A stretch of 64,000 nucleotides of DNA, from positions 2,752,001 through 2,816,000 of the forward strand of contig OY969763.1 in the NCBI GenBank assembly GCA_963702845.1, written 5' to 3'. This DNA is from an uncultured Verrucomicrobiae bacterium (GTDB lineage: Bacteria; Verrucomicrobiota; Verrucomicrobiia; Limisphaerales; Palsa-1400). Each line of letters begins with the position of its first letter. Position 1 is the first letter of the stretch. The notes beneath the pieces are model-generated. The model worked only from the letters and a program-made list of their open reading frames with translations, made no database searches and was not told where the DNA came from. Shown here piece by piece: positions 8,301 to 16,626 of the stretch. Position numbers and translations under genes: made by a program.

Positions 8301-9080
8301 TTAGGTTGAACGGCTTTCGGTGCGAGCCGGAGCCAACCATGAGTCCGGCAGGTTGAGGGACGCTTTCACCGCCTGGCGTCCGAATTCGGTTGGGCCGGCC
8401 TCGGCGTCTCCGCGAAGTTTCTCGCGCAGCAGTTTGATGCGGTCGTCGCGTTGGCGATCCAAGGAACGAGTGTGAGTGGCGCGGACGAATTTGAAAAATT
8501 CCAGAGGATCTTTCTGTAATTCTTGTTTGAGAACAATGGGATCGAAGTCGCGCATGATTTGAGCCATGTGCAGGTCGATCAAGCGGCCGTTAACGTAGTT
8601 GGCGCGGTTTTGGCCATTGGCGTCGAGATGGCGAAAGTATTGGTCGGTTTCATCCATCCTAAGTCTGAGGCACTGGAAGCGTTCACGTTCTTCCAACCAA
8701 AGTTTGTAGCCTGATTGTTTCCACATGGAGAGGTTGTTTGATGCGATGCCGGGGTGGCCTTTTTCGGTGACGGATTGGATGATGTTTTTGTACGGGACGT
8801 TGTCGTGCAGGGATTCGTTGATGAAGTCGCGGATGGCGGTGGGGAGCTCGCTGATTTTGCTGCGGTGCGGGCGGTGGCGATGTTTTGGTTTGGGCGCGGT
8901 GGCGGAAGTTGATGGCGATGGCGTGGGTTCAGCCGTCCCTTCGGGACTTATATCGTTCTTCGCTTCACCCCGGCACTCAAGTGCCGGACTAGGTTCAGTT
9001 GTGCCTTCGGCACACAAGATGGTGGCGGCGATTGTTGATTCAGTGTTTGTCGGTTCGGCGGTTGTTGTTTCGGTGTTCAT
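8301..9080 (-). CDS. Mu gp27/DUF3486-like protein, putative terminase small subunit, with disordered N-terminus
   Basis: RSKISELPTAIRDFINESL...PYKNIIQ...NLSMWKQSGY resembles the DUF3486 N-terminus; lies directly upstream of the gp28-like gene; start could be 9116. Confidence 0.7.
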   Translation of the reverse strand: MNTETTTAEPTNTESTIAATILCAEGTTEPSPALECRGEAKNDISPEGTAEPTPSPSTSATAPKPKHRHRPHRSKISELPTAIRDFINESLHDNVPYKNIIQSVTEKGHPGIASNNLSMWKQSGYKLWLEERERFQCLRLRMDETDQYFRHLDANGQNRANYVNGRLIDLHMAQIMRDFDPIVLKQELQKDPLEFFKFVRATHTRSLDRQRDDRIKLLREKLRGDAEAGPTEFGRQAVKASLNLPDSWLAPARTESRST

Positions 9081-9247
9081 ATATCTACTTTTTGAGGATG
9101 AGTGTAACAACGTCACTTGGACAAAGGCTGTCCAAGTGAAAATATTTGTGCAGAAAGTTTGCGAGGGGTGGGAATGGTCCCAATTTGTTTATTAGGAGGA
9201 GGTTGCGCGTATTGTTTTGTCTGAGGGGATGGGAGAAGAGGATTTTT

Positions 9248-9310
9248 GAGCCTCCGATAACGGAACAAATTGTTTTGGCGCACGCTGCCGCGAGCTACGT
9301 CGGCTGCTAC
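9248..9310 (-). repeat. interrupted third copy of the GTAG-type REP-like element
   Basis: GAGCCTCC (9248-9255) and TACGTCGGCTGCTAC (9296-9310) separated by a 40-nt insert. Confidence 0.65.
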
Positions 9311-9319
9311 GAGGTTTTA

Positions 9320-9348
9320 TTGACAGTGCTAAAATCGAGGCATACGGT
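9320..9348 (+). promoter_or_regulatory. candidate sigma-70 promoter (possible cassette promoter)
   Basis: TTGACA, 17-nt spacer, TACGGT (weak -10), facing the cassette genes. Confidence 0.35.
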
Positions 9349-9404
9349 GGGGCTACTGATGAAAGTCGGAAAGTATTCCGACTTTCACGTTCACTTATGA
9401 GATT

Positions 9405-9441
9405 AGGCGGAAAGAAGCAGTATATAATAATATAGTTCGGC
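9405..9441 (+). mobile_element. attI-like integron recombination site
   Basis: AGGCGGAA...TATATAATAATATA-GTTCGGC; the core GTTCGGC lies 11 nt before the first cassette ATG and nearly complements the downstream R'' GCCTAAC. Confidence 0.5.
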
Positions 9442-9452
9442 TACGTGAATCC

Positions 9453-9782
9453 ATGCAGTCTATTGACATTTATATGTATGGCTCGCTCAAGGAGCGTTTC
9501 ACGCAACGGTATCGTGATAGGCTGGGCGAGCTATTAGCGGCGCAGTTGGAGGCTGCCACCGGATTCTCAATAGACAGCAAGCGATTTTTCATCTTTGCGG
9601 TTGGTGACGACTTACAGATTCCAGAACCTGCAGTATTTATTTTGGAAGGAGACCTTATCGGCTCAGACAATTTCTTAGTCGAGGCAGAGATCACTTGGCG
9701 GGAAGGAGAAGACATGCCCATCGAGGCTCGATGGTCTCGGCTAAATGTCCGCGAATTGCGTGAGAGATATGGTGGGCTTTAG
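9453..9782 (+). CDS. hypothetical protein (integron cassette 1)
   Basis: 109-aa ORF between the attI-like site and the attC-like site; AT-richer than flanking genes. Confidence 0.65.
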   Translation: MQSIDIYMYGSLKERFTQRYRDRLGELLAAQLEAATGFSIDSKRFFIFAVGDDLQIPEPAVFILEGDLIGSDNFLVEAEITWREGEDMPIEARWSRLNVRELRERYGGL

Positions 9783-9814
9783 CATATTACCCGACTCGTT
9801 ACTTTGAACCCGTG

Positions 9815-9913
9815 GCCTAACCAGAGCGCTGCAGCGGATCCCGACTCTGAGTTGGGACTGCATTTACAATTCTTTAGTCAGTGGCCCGCCGCCGCTGAGG
9901 TTATGTGTCAGCT
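9815..9913 (+). mobile_element. degenerate attC site
   Basis: R'' GCCTAAC, L'' CGCTGCAGCGG ... L' CCGCTGAGG, R' GTCAGCT (non-consensus); sits between two co-oriented ORFs. Confidence 0.65.
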
Positions 9914-9922
9914 CTTACCTAC

Positions 9923-10252
9923 ATGACGAACGAAGAAAACAAAAAAGTCGAGCGGTGGCATCTTAGACTTGGGCGCGCGAAGTTCCTCCGCCCGGGAATT
10001 TTAATTTTTATGGGCTGCGTTTATGCGTTCGTCTACCTAGCGGTTGCCGGTATGATGTTTGTTCTCGACTGGATCGTTCCGCACCTGCCTTGGATTGAAA
10101 AGCCATATGTCAGTCCAGATCCTCCACCGTTGGTTACTGCTTCCTATTGCGCCAACTTCATTCTAGGAATGATGATTATTGGAGCACTGGTCATTTATTT
10201 TGCAGGACCGGAGCGCCAGATCAAACCGCTATGGCCGAAAAAGAAGATTTAA
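9923..10252 (+). CDS. hypothetical two-TM membrane protein (integron cassette 2)
   Basis: ATG 9 nt after R'; two hydrophobic segments; no attC seen downstream. Confidence 0.65.
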   Translation: MTNEENKKVERWHLRLGRAKFLRPGILIFMGCVYAFVYLAVAGMMFVLDWIVPHLPWIEKPYVSPDPPPLVTASYCANFILGMMIIGALVIYFAGPERQIKPLWPKKKI

Positions 10253-10347
10253 AGAACCTCCCACAAACTGAAGAGACAGATTTTTCACCGTCTCCTCACC
10301 TCCCGAGCCTCTCAATTCAAAACAGCATGTTCGAGGATGAAGGTGTG

Positions 10348-10474
10348 TTGGTTTTTCGGCGGCGCGGCGGTTCACGTTAAGGAGAAATCGATCGGTTTGC
10401 GCCGCGCCGCCGAAAAACCAATAAATCAACGGGTAATGGTCGGGTTCTATAGACATGTCACTCCTACGGAGTTT
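10348..10474. repeat. long palindrome plus terminal REP-like hairpin (MITE/REPIN-like remnant)
   Basis: perfect 22-bp inverted repeat 10348-10369/10400-10421, then CTATAGACATGTC-ACTCC-TAC-GGAGT. Confidence 0.7.
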
Positions 10475-10538
10475 CACGCATATGATTCGCGAGCAGGCAC
10501 TCGTAGTAATTTCCTTCGATACGCTTCGCAAAGAACAC

Positions 10539-12068
10539 TCAATACGCGCTGGCGAAGTGGCGATGTTTTGGAAAAACCGGGCGGAGATTTGTTGAAAGAC
10601 TGTCCTGCAATTCCTGCAATTCTTCGTAAACAGCCACGGCCTTTTTATTCGGCGTTGCCGTTTCGCTCTCGTTGAGTTGCACGAACTCGTCGGTGATTTG
10701 ATTGATTCCAACTTTTTCACCGCGCTGCAATCGCCAGGACCAGAGGGCTTGTAAGGCTGCGCCAAAGGCGGCGCCTTCGGCTACTTTGATGGTGACGACT
10801 TCGGCGTTGAATACATTCGCCATGATTTGACGCCAGAGTTTTGATTTTGCGCCGCCGCCGGTGGCGCGGATTTGTTTGGGCTTGAGGCCAAGTTCGCGTA
10901 GGCGTTGCAGGCCGTAGTTCATGCCGAGGGTAACGCCTTCCATGGCGGCGCGGGCGAAGTGGGGTGCGGTGAATGTTTTTGGGGTTGCGCCGAACCAGAC
11001 GCCGGTGCCGTCGGGAATGTTTGGGGTGCGTTCGCCTTCAAGATATGGGAGCAGCAGCAGACCGTTGCAGCCGGCTGGGGCTTTGGCGGCTTCGGCTTCG
11101 AATTGCGCGTGGGTCATTCCGAAATCGTTGCGGACCATTTCGGTCGCGACGGTCACGTTCATGGTGCAGAGCAACGGGAGCCATCTGTTGGTCGAATCGC
11201 AGAACGCCGCGATTTCGCCTTTGGGATCGATGACTGGTTTGTCGGCACAGGCGTAGATTGTGCCGCTGGTGCCGAAGCTCGCGGTGACTGTGCCTGGACG
11301 TGTGTTGCCGGTGCCGATGGCGCCCATCATGTTGTCGCCGCCACCGGCGCTGACGAGAACGCCGGGTTTTAATCCGAGCGCGCGCGCTGTGCTCGCTTGG
11401 AGCAGGCCGGCGGGTTGATCACTGCCAGCCAGTGGGGGAAGTTTGGCGGCGAGATCGCGATCAATCGCGCGCAACACGGCTTCGGACCATTTGCGCGTTT
11501 TCACATTGAGCAACGCGGTGCCGCTGGCGTCGCCGTATTCCATTTTCTTTTCGCCGGTGAGCCAGAAATTCAAGTAGTCGTGCGGCAACAAAATACTGGC
11601 GAGTCGCGCAAAGTTTTTTGGTTCATGCTTTTTGAGCCAGAGAATTTTTGAAGCGGTGAACCCGGGCAAGACGGCGTTGCCAATTTCGCGAATGGTCGAT
11701 TTGAGTCCACCCAGTTTTGCCATGATTTCGTCGCATTCCTTAGCCGTCGAGGTGTCGCACCAAAGTTTGGCTGGGCGAATGACTTTGCCGGCCTTGTCCA
11801 GCGGAACAAAGCCGTGTTGCTGACCGCTGACGCCAATGGCGACGACTTCGTCACCGCTGGCTTTGGCTTCTTTGAGAGAGGCTTTGATCGCTTTTGAAGT
11901 GGCCGAGACCCACGTGGCTGGATGTTGTTCTTTAGCGCCCGGAGAGAGATTGGGGATTAAGCCGTAGGCCTGAGCGCCGGCACCGAGCACTTTTCCATTG
12001 CGCGCATCAACGACTAAAGCCTTGGTGGATTGAGTCCCACTATCAATTCCCAGCAGCAATGTTCTCAT
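10539..12068 (-). CDS. xylB: xylulokinase (FGGY family)
   Basis: LGIDSGTQSTK, SGQQHG, GDASGT, GGGDN, GTSG, LPYLEGERTP, TGGGAKS; start set at MRTLL. Confidence 0.92.
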   Translation of the reverse strand: MRTLLLGIDSGTQSTKALVVDARNGKVLGAGAQAYGLIPNLSPGAKEQHPATWVSATSKAIKASLKEAKASGDEVVAIGVSGQQHGFVPLDKAGKVIRPAKLWCDTSTAKECDEIMAKLGGLKSTIREIGNAVLPGFTASKILWLKKHEPKNFARLASILLPHDYLNFWLTGEKKMEYGDASGTALLNVKTRKWSEAVLRAIDRDLAAKLPPLAGSDQPAGLLQASTARALGLKPGVLVSAGGGDNMMGAIGTGNTRPGTVTASFGTSGTIYACADKPVIDPKGEIAAFCDSTNRWLPLLCTMNVTVATEMVRNDFGMTHAQFEAEAAKAPAGCNGLLLLPYLEGERTPNIPDGTGVWFGATPKTFTAPHFARAAMEGVTLGMNYGLQRLRELGLKPKQIRATGGGAKSKLWRQIMANVFNAEVVTIKVAEGAAFGAALQALWSWRLQRGEKVGINQITDEFVQLNESETATPNKKAVAVYEELQELQDSLSTNLRPVFPKHRHFASAY

Positions 12069-12113
12069 ATCTGCAATTGATACCAACCGAGGCAAAAAGG
12101 CGCAAACTTTGAC

Positions 12114-12128
12114 TGGCATTTGTTATGC
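12114..12128 (+). promoter_or_regulatory. candidate sigma-54 promoter
   Basis: TGGCATTTGTTATGC with GG-N10-GC spacing, 14 nt before the ATG at 12143. Confidence 0.4.
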
Positions 12129-12142
12129 TTGGCATATCAGGC

Positions 12143-12553
12143 ATGAAAAGGTTCCTCCTCATCGTGGGCGCTGTCGCCATGATTACCGGTTGCGGCTGGG
12201 CTGTGCAGGCCTGGACCGCATTTCAACGAAACGCTAATACCGGTCGTTTCAACGAGGAAATAGACAATTTGTTCTATGCCCTCCAACAATACAAAGAGCA
12301 CATCGGCTCTTACCCAATGGGTAGCAATGGCGAAATCGCTAAATCCCTCATGGGCAACAATCCCAAGAACATGATCATCCTCATCGGCCGCAAACAGCCG
12401 GTGAATTCCAAAGGCGAATTGGTCGATCCCTGGGGAACTCCGCTGCGGATTTATTTCGCCGGCGAAGGCGTTCTCATCCGTTCGGCTGGCCCGAATAAGC
12501 GTTTTGATGACAGCACGGCAGTCACATCTGATGACTACTATCGCTCGAATTAA
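12143..12553 (+). CDS. GspG-like (T2SSG domain) pseudopilin-related protein
   Basis: ALQQY...G-YP, DPWGTP, IRSAGPN...DD motifs; hydrophobic N-terminus but no GFTLxE motif. Confidence 0.75.
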   Translation: MKRFLLIVGAVAMITGCGWAVQAWTAFQRNANTGRFNEEIDNLFYALQQYKEHIGSYPMGSNGEIAKSLMGNNPKNMIILIGRKQPVNSKGELVDPWGTPLRIYFAGEGVLIRSAGPNKRFDDSTAVTSDDYYRSN

Positions 12554-13786
12554 TTAATTCAAGGTTGCGGCTTCGGATTTCGGCAGTTCGATCCAGAAGG
12601 TGCTGCCCTGTCCCGCTGCCGAATCGAAGCCGACCTGACCGCGCATGCGCTCGACACCTTTTTTGACGATGGTGAGATATTCGCGATCGGATCCGGCGAA
12701 AATAAACTGATGTTCTTCGGGCGCGATTCCGAGGCCGTTGTCGTGGACCCAAAGGCGAACAGCGTTGCCGGTCACGCAGCCGCCAATGCGAATGCGCGGG
12801 CGCGAACCTTGCGGACAGAACGTCAATGCGTTCGAAATTAAGTTTTTCAGGACCTGTTCGATGACGGACGCATTCGCAAATATGAAGGGCAAGTTCGCCT
12901 GTATCGTTACTTCCGCCTCTTGCGCTTGGATTTCAGCGCGCATCATGTGTACGGCTGCTTTCGTAACACTGTTTAAATCGAGAATGGCGCAGGTTAATTC
13001 CTCGTGAACAACAGGCGCCGATACAGGCTCAGGTTCAGGCGCACTTTTCACCGGGCGCGGTTTTGGTTCTTTCGGGACGGTCGTGAGTTGTTTTTCGATT
13101 TTGTCCACCTTGGTCGAAAGCTTGTCGACCTTTCGGTTCAGCAGGCGAAATTCGTCGGGCATGATTTCCTGCGGTTCGGGCGCTGACTCAGTGCCGGGCG
13201 GCACGAGGGGAAACAGCGGTTCGGCTTCGATGGCTTTGATCGCGAGCAGGCGCTGTAGCCAGAGGGCGAAAACCAGCGTTAGCACAAATAGCATCGCAGC
13301 AACGCTCACGAACATTGCCGGTTGATTGACCAGACCAGCTAAATACGACGATGACTCCATACATACTAAAACGTGGCCGACGATTTGCCCGCCGCTGGTA
13401 ACCAATCGAAACAAATACAGGGACTGGCCATGGAAGGCATAAGAGTCGACGTCGGGGATGGGAAACTGAAAGTCTCCAGTGCGACTGAACTTCGCGAAGA
13501 CCGTGCCATCGCGAGTATAGATACACGCCGCTTGCATCTGCGGATTTAATTGGCTTCCGAGCAGAACGGTTTGTGCCGACGCCATGTCGTTGGATTGCAG
13601 TGCAACTTGCGCTCGACGCGCGATGATGTCGGCCTCGATCGAGGCGCTTTGAATGGTTCGTTGTTCGGTGGTAAGCGTTCGATACGCGCCGAAAGCAATT
13701 ACGACTAGGCCCAACGCGAAAATACTGGCGAACAAAGCGACGGTGGTCACTTTGCGGCGGGTTGGAATTTCAAAATATGGTCCCAC
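12554..13786 (-). CDS. degenerate sensor histidine kinase (CHASE-like sensor plus HATPase_c; no HisKA)
   Basis: two TM helices flanking a sensor domain (AACIYTRDG), N-box QVLKNLISNA, G1 DNGLGI, GSTFWIELP; H-box and G2 box absent. Confidence 0.8.
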   Translation of the reverse strand: MGPYFEIPTRRKVTTVALFASIFALGLVVIAFGAYRTLTTEQRTIQSASIEADIIARRAQVALQSNDMASAQTVLLGSQLNPQMQAACIYTRDGTVFAKFSRTGDFQFPIPDVDSYAFHGQSLYLFRLVTSGGQIVGHVLVCMESSSYLAGLVNQPAMFVSVAAMLFVLTLVFALWLQRLLAIKAIEAEPLFPLVPPGTESAPEPQEIMPDEFRLLNRKVDKLSTKVDKIEKQLTTVPKEPKPRPVKSAPEPEPVSAPVVHEELTCAILDLNSVTKAAVHMMRAEIQAQEAEVTIQANLPFIFANASVIEQVLKNLISNALTFCPQGSRPRIRIGGCVTGNAVRLWVHDNGLGIAPEEHQFIFAGSDREYLTIVKKGVERMRGQVGFDSAAGQGSTFWIELPKSEAATLN

Positions 13787-13836
13787 AGCTCTGCGCGCTT
13801 GCAGCGCGGGCGAAGACTATATCATTCCAAATTTTT

Positions 13837-14316
13837 TTACCACTTCCCTAAAGAGACGGGCGACGAAAGGCGGTTGCGCAGTTTGACCCACGTAGTATCA
13901 CCTGTATCACCTTCCGGCGTCGCATCCTCTTGCCAGAGGAGCTTATGAACGCGGCGGATCAGAGATTCGGGCGTGAACGGCTTTTGAAAAATATCGGCTG
14001 CTCCAATGAATTTGCGCTTCTGGTGCATCGATTTCTCGTCCGCGACGCCACTGATCAAAAGCAGCTTCGGGCGGGGCACAGTTTTTTGTGGATCGTCTGG
14101 GTGCACGCCGAGGCAAAGGTAAAGTGTATCGCCGTTCATGCCTGGCATAAGCAGGTCTGAAATTATCAGGTCGTAAGGCTTTTTGCTGGCGCGTTCGAAC
14201 GCATCATAAGCGCTCGTCGTCGCCTCAACATCGTACAATCGTGTACTTTGAAGGGTCGATAAAATGCTCTCCGCGATGAGCACCTCGTCATCGACCACCA
14301 AAATTGTCTTCTTCAT
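13837..14316 (-). CDS. single-domain response regulator
   Basis: ILVVDDE, ISDLLMPGMNG (phospho-acceptor Asp), KPF. Confidence 0.92.
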   Translation of the reverse strand: MKKTILVVDDEVLIAESILSTLQSTRLYDVEATTSAYDAFERASKKPYDLIISDLLMPGMNGDTLYLCLGVHPDDPQKTVPRPKLLLISGVADEKSMHQKRKFIGAADIFQKPFTPESLIRRVHKLLWQEDATPEGDTGDTTWVKLRNRLSSPVSLGKW

Positions 14317-14515
14317 TCGGCGACATTAGACGCACATGGGTTCAGTCAAACAGATAGGAGCAGCGCGTGAAACGCTGTAGGATGAACGCACGATCAGCCG
14401 TCGGATTTTGTCCGACAATACGTGCGCAATCGGCACTTTCCACGAGAGTGGGTCAGCTTTTTGTGGTGCTCGCGTCAAGGTTGCAAGCGCATGAGACGAA
14501 ATGGATTATTTTCAA

Positions 14516-14707
14516 ATGCCTGCTAAATCCAAAAAGCAACAGATGGCGGCCGGTGCGGCTTTGGCCGCGAAACGTGGAAAGAGAAGCAAACAAGCGCTGA
14601 AGGGCGCCTCACGCGGGATGGCTCAATCTATGAGCGCGGCCGAATTGCGGAAGCTCGCGAAGACCAAGCGCAGCAAACTGCCGACGAAGAAGCGCTCCCG
14701 TAGGTAA
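14516..14707 (+). CDS. DUF3008 family small basic protein
   Basis: MPAKSKKQQMAAGAALAAKRG...LKGASRGMAQSMS...LAKTKRSKLP. Confidence 0.85.
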   Translation: MPAKSKKQQMAAGAALAAKRGKRSKQALKGASRGMAQSMSAAELRKLAKTKRSKLPTKKRSRR

Positions 14708-14843
14708 GCCAACCGGTTTGCTCTCAATACAAGAAACGTCACGACTGCCGAGACGATGAAGGCATCCTCTCGTCGTTGTCGTTTTGCGCCCACGACGTTT
14801 TTGGCGTTGTCGCACCGCACATTTTTGCTGCTATGTTATTCGC

Positions 14844-16151
14844 GTGCAGATCGTCCAATTGACACCCGGTGCGGGCAAAATGTATTGCGGAGCTTGTTTC
14901 CGCGATAACGCCCTCGTCGCTGCATTGCGGCACCTGGGCCATGATGTGACGATGCTGCCGCTGTATCTGCCACTCACGTTGGACGAAGCTGACGCAACGA
15001 AGGGCGCGCCGATTTTCTACAGCGGCATCAATGTTTATCTGCAACAGAAGTCGGCGGTGTTCCGGTTCGCGCCGAACTGGTTTCATCGTCTGTTTGCATC
15101 TCGCAAGCTACTGGATTTGGCCGCCGGCGCAGCGGCATCGACGCGACCTGACGATGTTGGTGAACTCACGATTTCCATGCTTAAAGGCGAGGACGGTAAG
15201 CAGGCGCGCGAGTTACAGGAATTGATTGCGTGGCTTAAAAATGAGCGCACGGACGTGGTGTCGCTCTCCAATGCGCTGCTCGTCGGCATGGCGCGCCAAA
15301 TCAAACGCACGTTGAACGTGCCGGTGGTCTGTTCGTTGCAGGGCGAAGATGTGTTCCTGAATGCGTTGCCAGACAACGTTCGTGAACGCGCCTGGAACAC
15401 CGCCGCGGAACGCGCTACTGATGTCGATCTATTCATTGCTCCGAGCAATTACTTCGCGAACTTCATGCGCGAACAACTCCGAACTCCCGCGGAAAAAATG
15501 CGAGTTGTTTACAACGGCATTAACATGGAGGGATACGGCGTCGCGAAGCCACGCACCGAGGGCCAACCGGTCACGCTAGGATTTTTCGCTCGCATGTGTC
15601 GCGAGAAAGGACTCCATACGTTGGTGGATGCGTTCATTGAACTGCATCGACGCGGCACTGTTCCGGGTCTTCGGTTGAAAATCGGCGGCAGTTGCGGACC
15701 AGCCGACCGAAAAGTCGTCGATGAACAAAATGAAAAGCTTCGCAAAGCCAACCTTGAGAGCTCAGTGGAGTTTCATCCGAATTTGTCGCGCGAACAAAAA
15801 TTGCAGTTTCTACATTCGCTGACGCTTTTCTCGGTGCCAGCCATGTACGGCGAGGCGTTCGGGCTCTACCTCATCGAAGCGTGGGCAGCTGGGATTCCGG
15901 TGATTCAACCGCGCCACGCTGCTTTTCCTGAACTGCTCGAACAAACGGGTGGCGGAATTCTCTACGATCCAACAAAGCCTGCCGCGCTGGCTGACGCTAT
16001 CGAATCGCTTGCCTTGAATTCGAAAAAAGCGCGCGAACTCGGCGAAACCGGACGCATTGCAGTGAACCAAAAGTTCACCGTCGATCAAATGGCAAAAAAC
16101 GTCGCCAAAGTTTTCAACGAAGTGACGTCAGTTTCCACTCGTAAATTGTAA
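14844..16151 (+). CDS. glycosyltransferase family 4
   Basis: VVYNGI, REKGL, EAFGLYLIEA (ExFG-x4-E); GTG start inferred (ORF track starts at 14784). Confidence 0.9.
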   Translation: MQIVQLTPGAGKMYCGACFRDNALVAALRHLGHDVTMLPLYLPLTLDEADATKGAPIFYSGINVYLQQKSAVFRFAPNWFHRLFASRKLLDLAAGAAASTRPDDVGELTISMLKGEDGKQARELQELIAWLKNERTDVVSLSNALLVGMARQIKRTLNVPVVCSLQGEDVFLNALPDNVRERAWNTAAERATDVDLFIAPSNYFANFMREQLRTPAEKMRVVYNGINMEGYGVAKPRTEGQPVTLGFFARMCREKGLHTLVDAFIELHRRGTVPGLRLKIGGSCGPADRKVVDEQNEKLRKANLESSVEFHPNLSREQKLQFLHSLTLFSVPAMYGEAFGLYLIEAWAAGIPVIQPRHAAFPELLEQTGGGILYDPTKPAALADAIESLALNSKKARELGETGRIAVNQKFTVDQMAKNVAKVFNEVTSVSTRKL

Positions 16152-16172
16152 ATCGTAATCCAAAATCCCGTC

Positions 16173-16622
16173 ATGGCTTACGAATTTAAAGCCGTCCGCC
16201 GCGTAGAATTTGCCGAGACCGACATGGCCGGCATCATGCACTACTCGAACTATTTCCGGTTCATGGAAACAGCCGAGCACGCATTCTTTCGTTCACTTGG
16301 TCTTTCAATTGTAACGAAAGTTGACCCGCCAGTCGGTTGGCCTCGGGTCCATGCCGAGTGCGATTTTCGCATGCCGCTTTATTTCGAAGACGAAATTGAA
16401 GTGCATCTTCTCGTCACAGAAAAGAAATCCAAATCGCTGAGTTACCTTTTCAGGTTCCGAAAACTGAACGCATCACCGGTTATTGAAGTTGCCCATGGCA
16501 AACTGACAGTCGTTTGCGTTCGGCACGAGAAAGACGGCAAAATGGCTGCTTGCAATATTCCGGAGTTTATCGCCGATAAAATCGAGGTTGCGCCCGAGGA
16601 ACTGCTCAACGCAATTCGCTGA
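16173..16622 (+). CDS. acyl-CoA thioesterase (4HBT/YbgC hotdog family)
   Basis: RVEFAETDMAGIMHYSNYFRFME. Confidence 0.92.
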   Translation: MAYEFKAVRRVEFAETDMAGIMHYSNYFRFMETAEHAFFRSLGLSIVTKVDPPVGWPRVHAECDFRMPLYFEDEIEVHLLVTEKKSKSLSYLFRFRKLNASPVIEVAHGKLTVVCVRHEKDGKMAACNIPEFIADKIEVAPEELLNAIR

Positions 16623-16626
16623 AATT

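Noticed and set aside
14609..14820. Short minus-strand ORFs between the DUF3008 gene and the glycosyltransferase
   Set aside because: They overlap the DUF3008 gene and have no motifs or RBS
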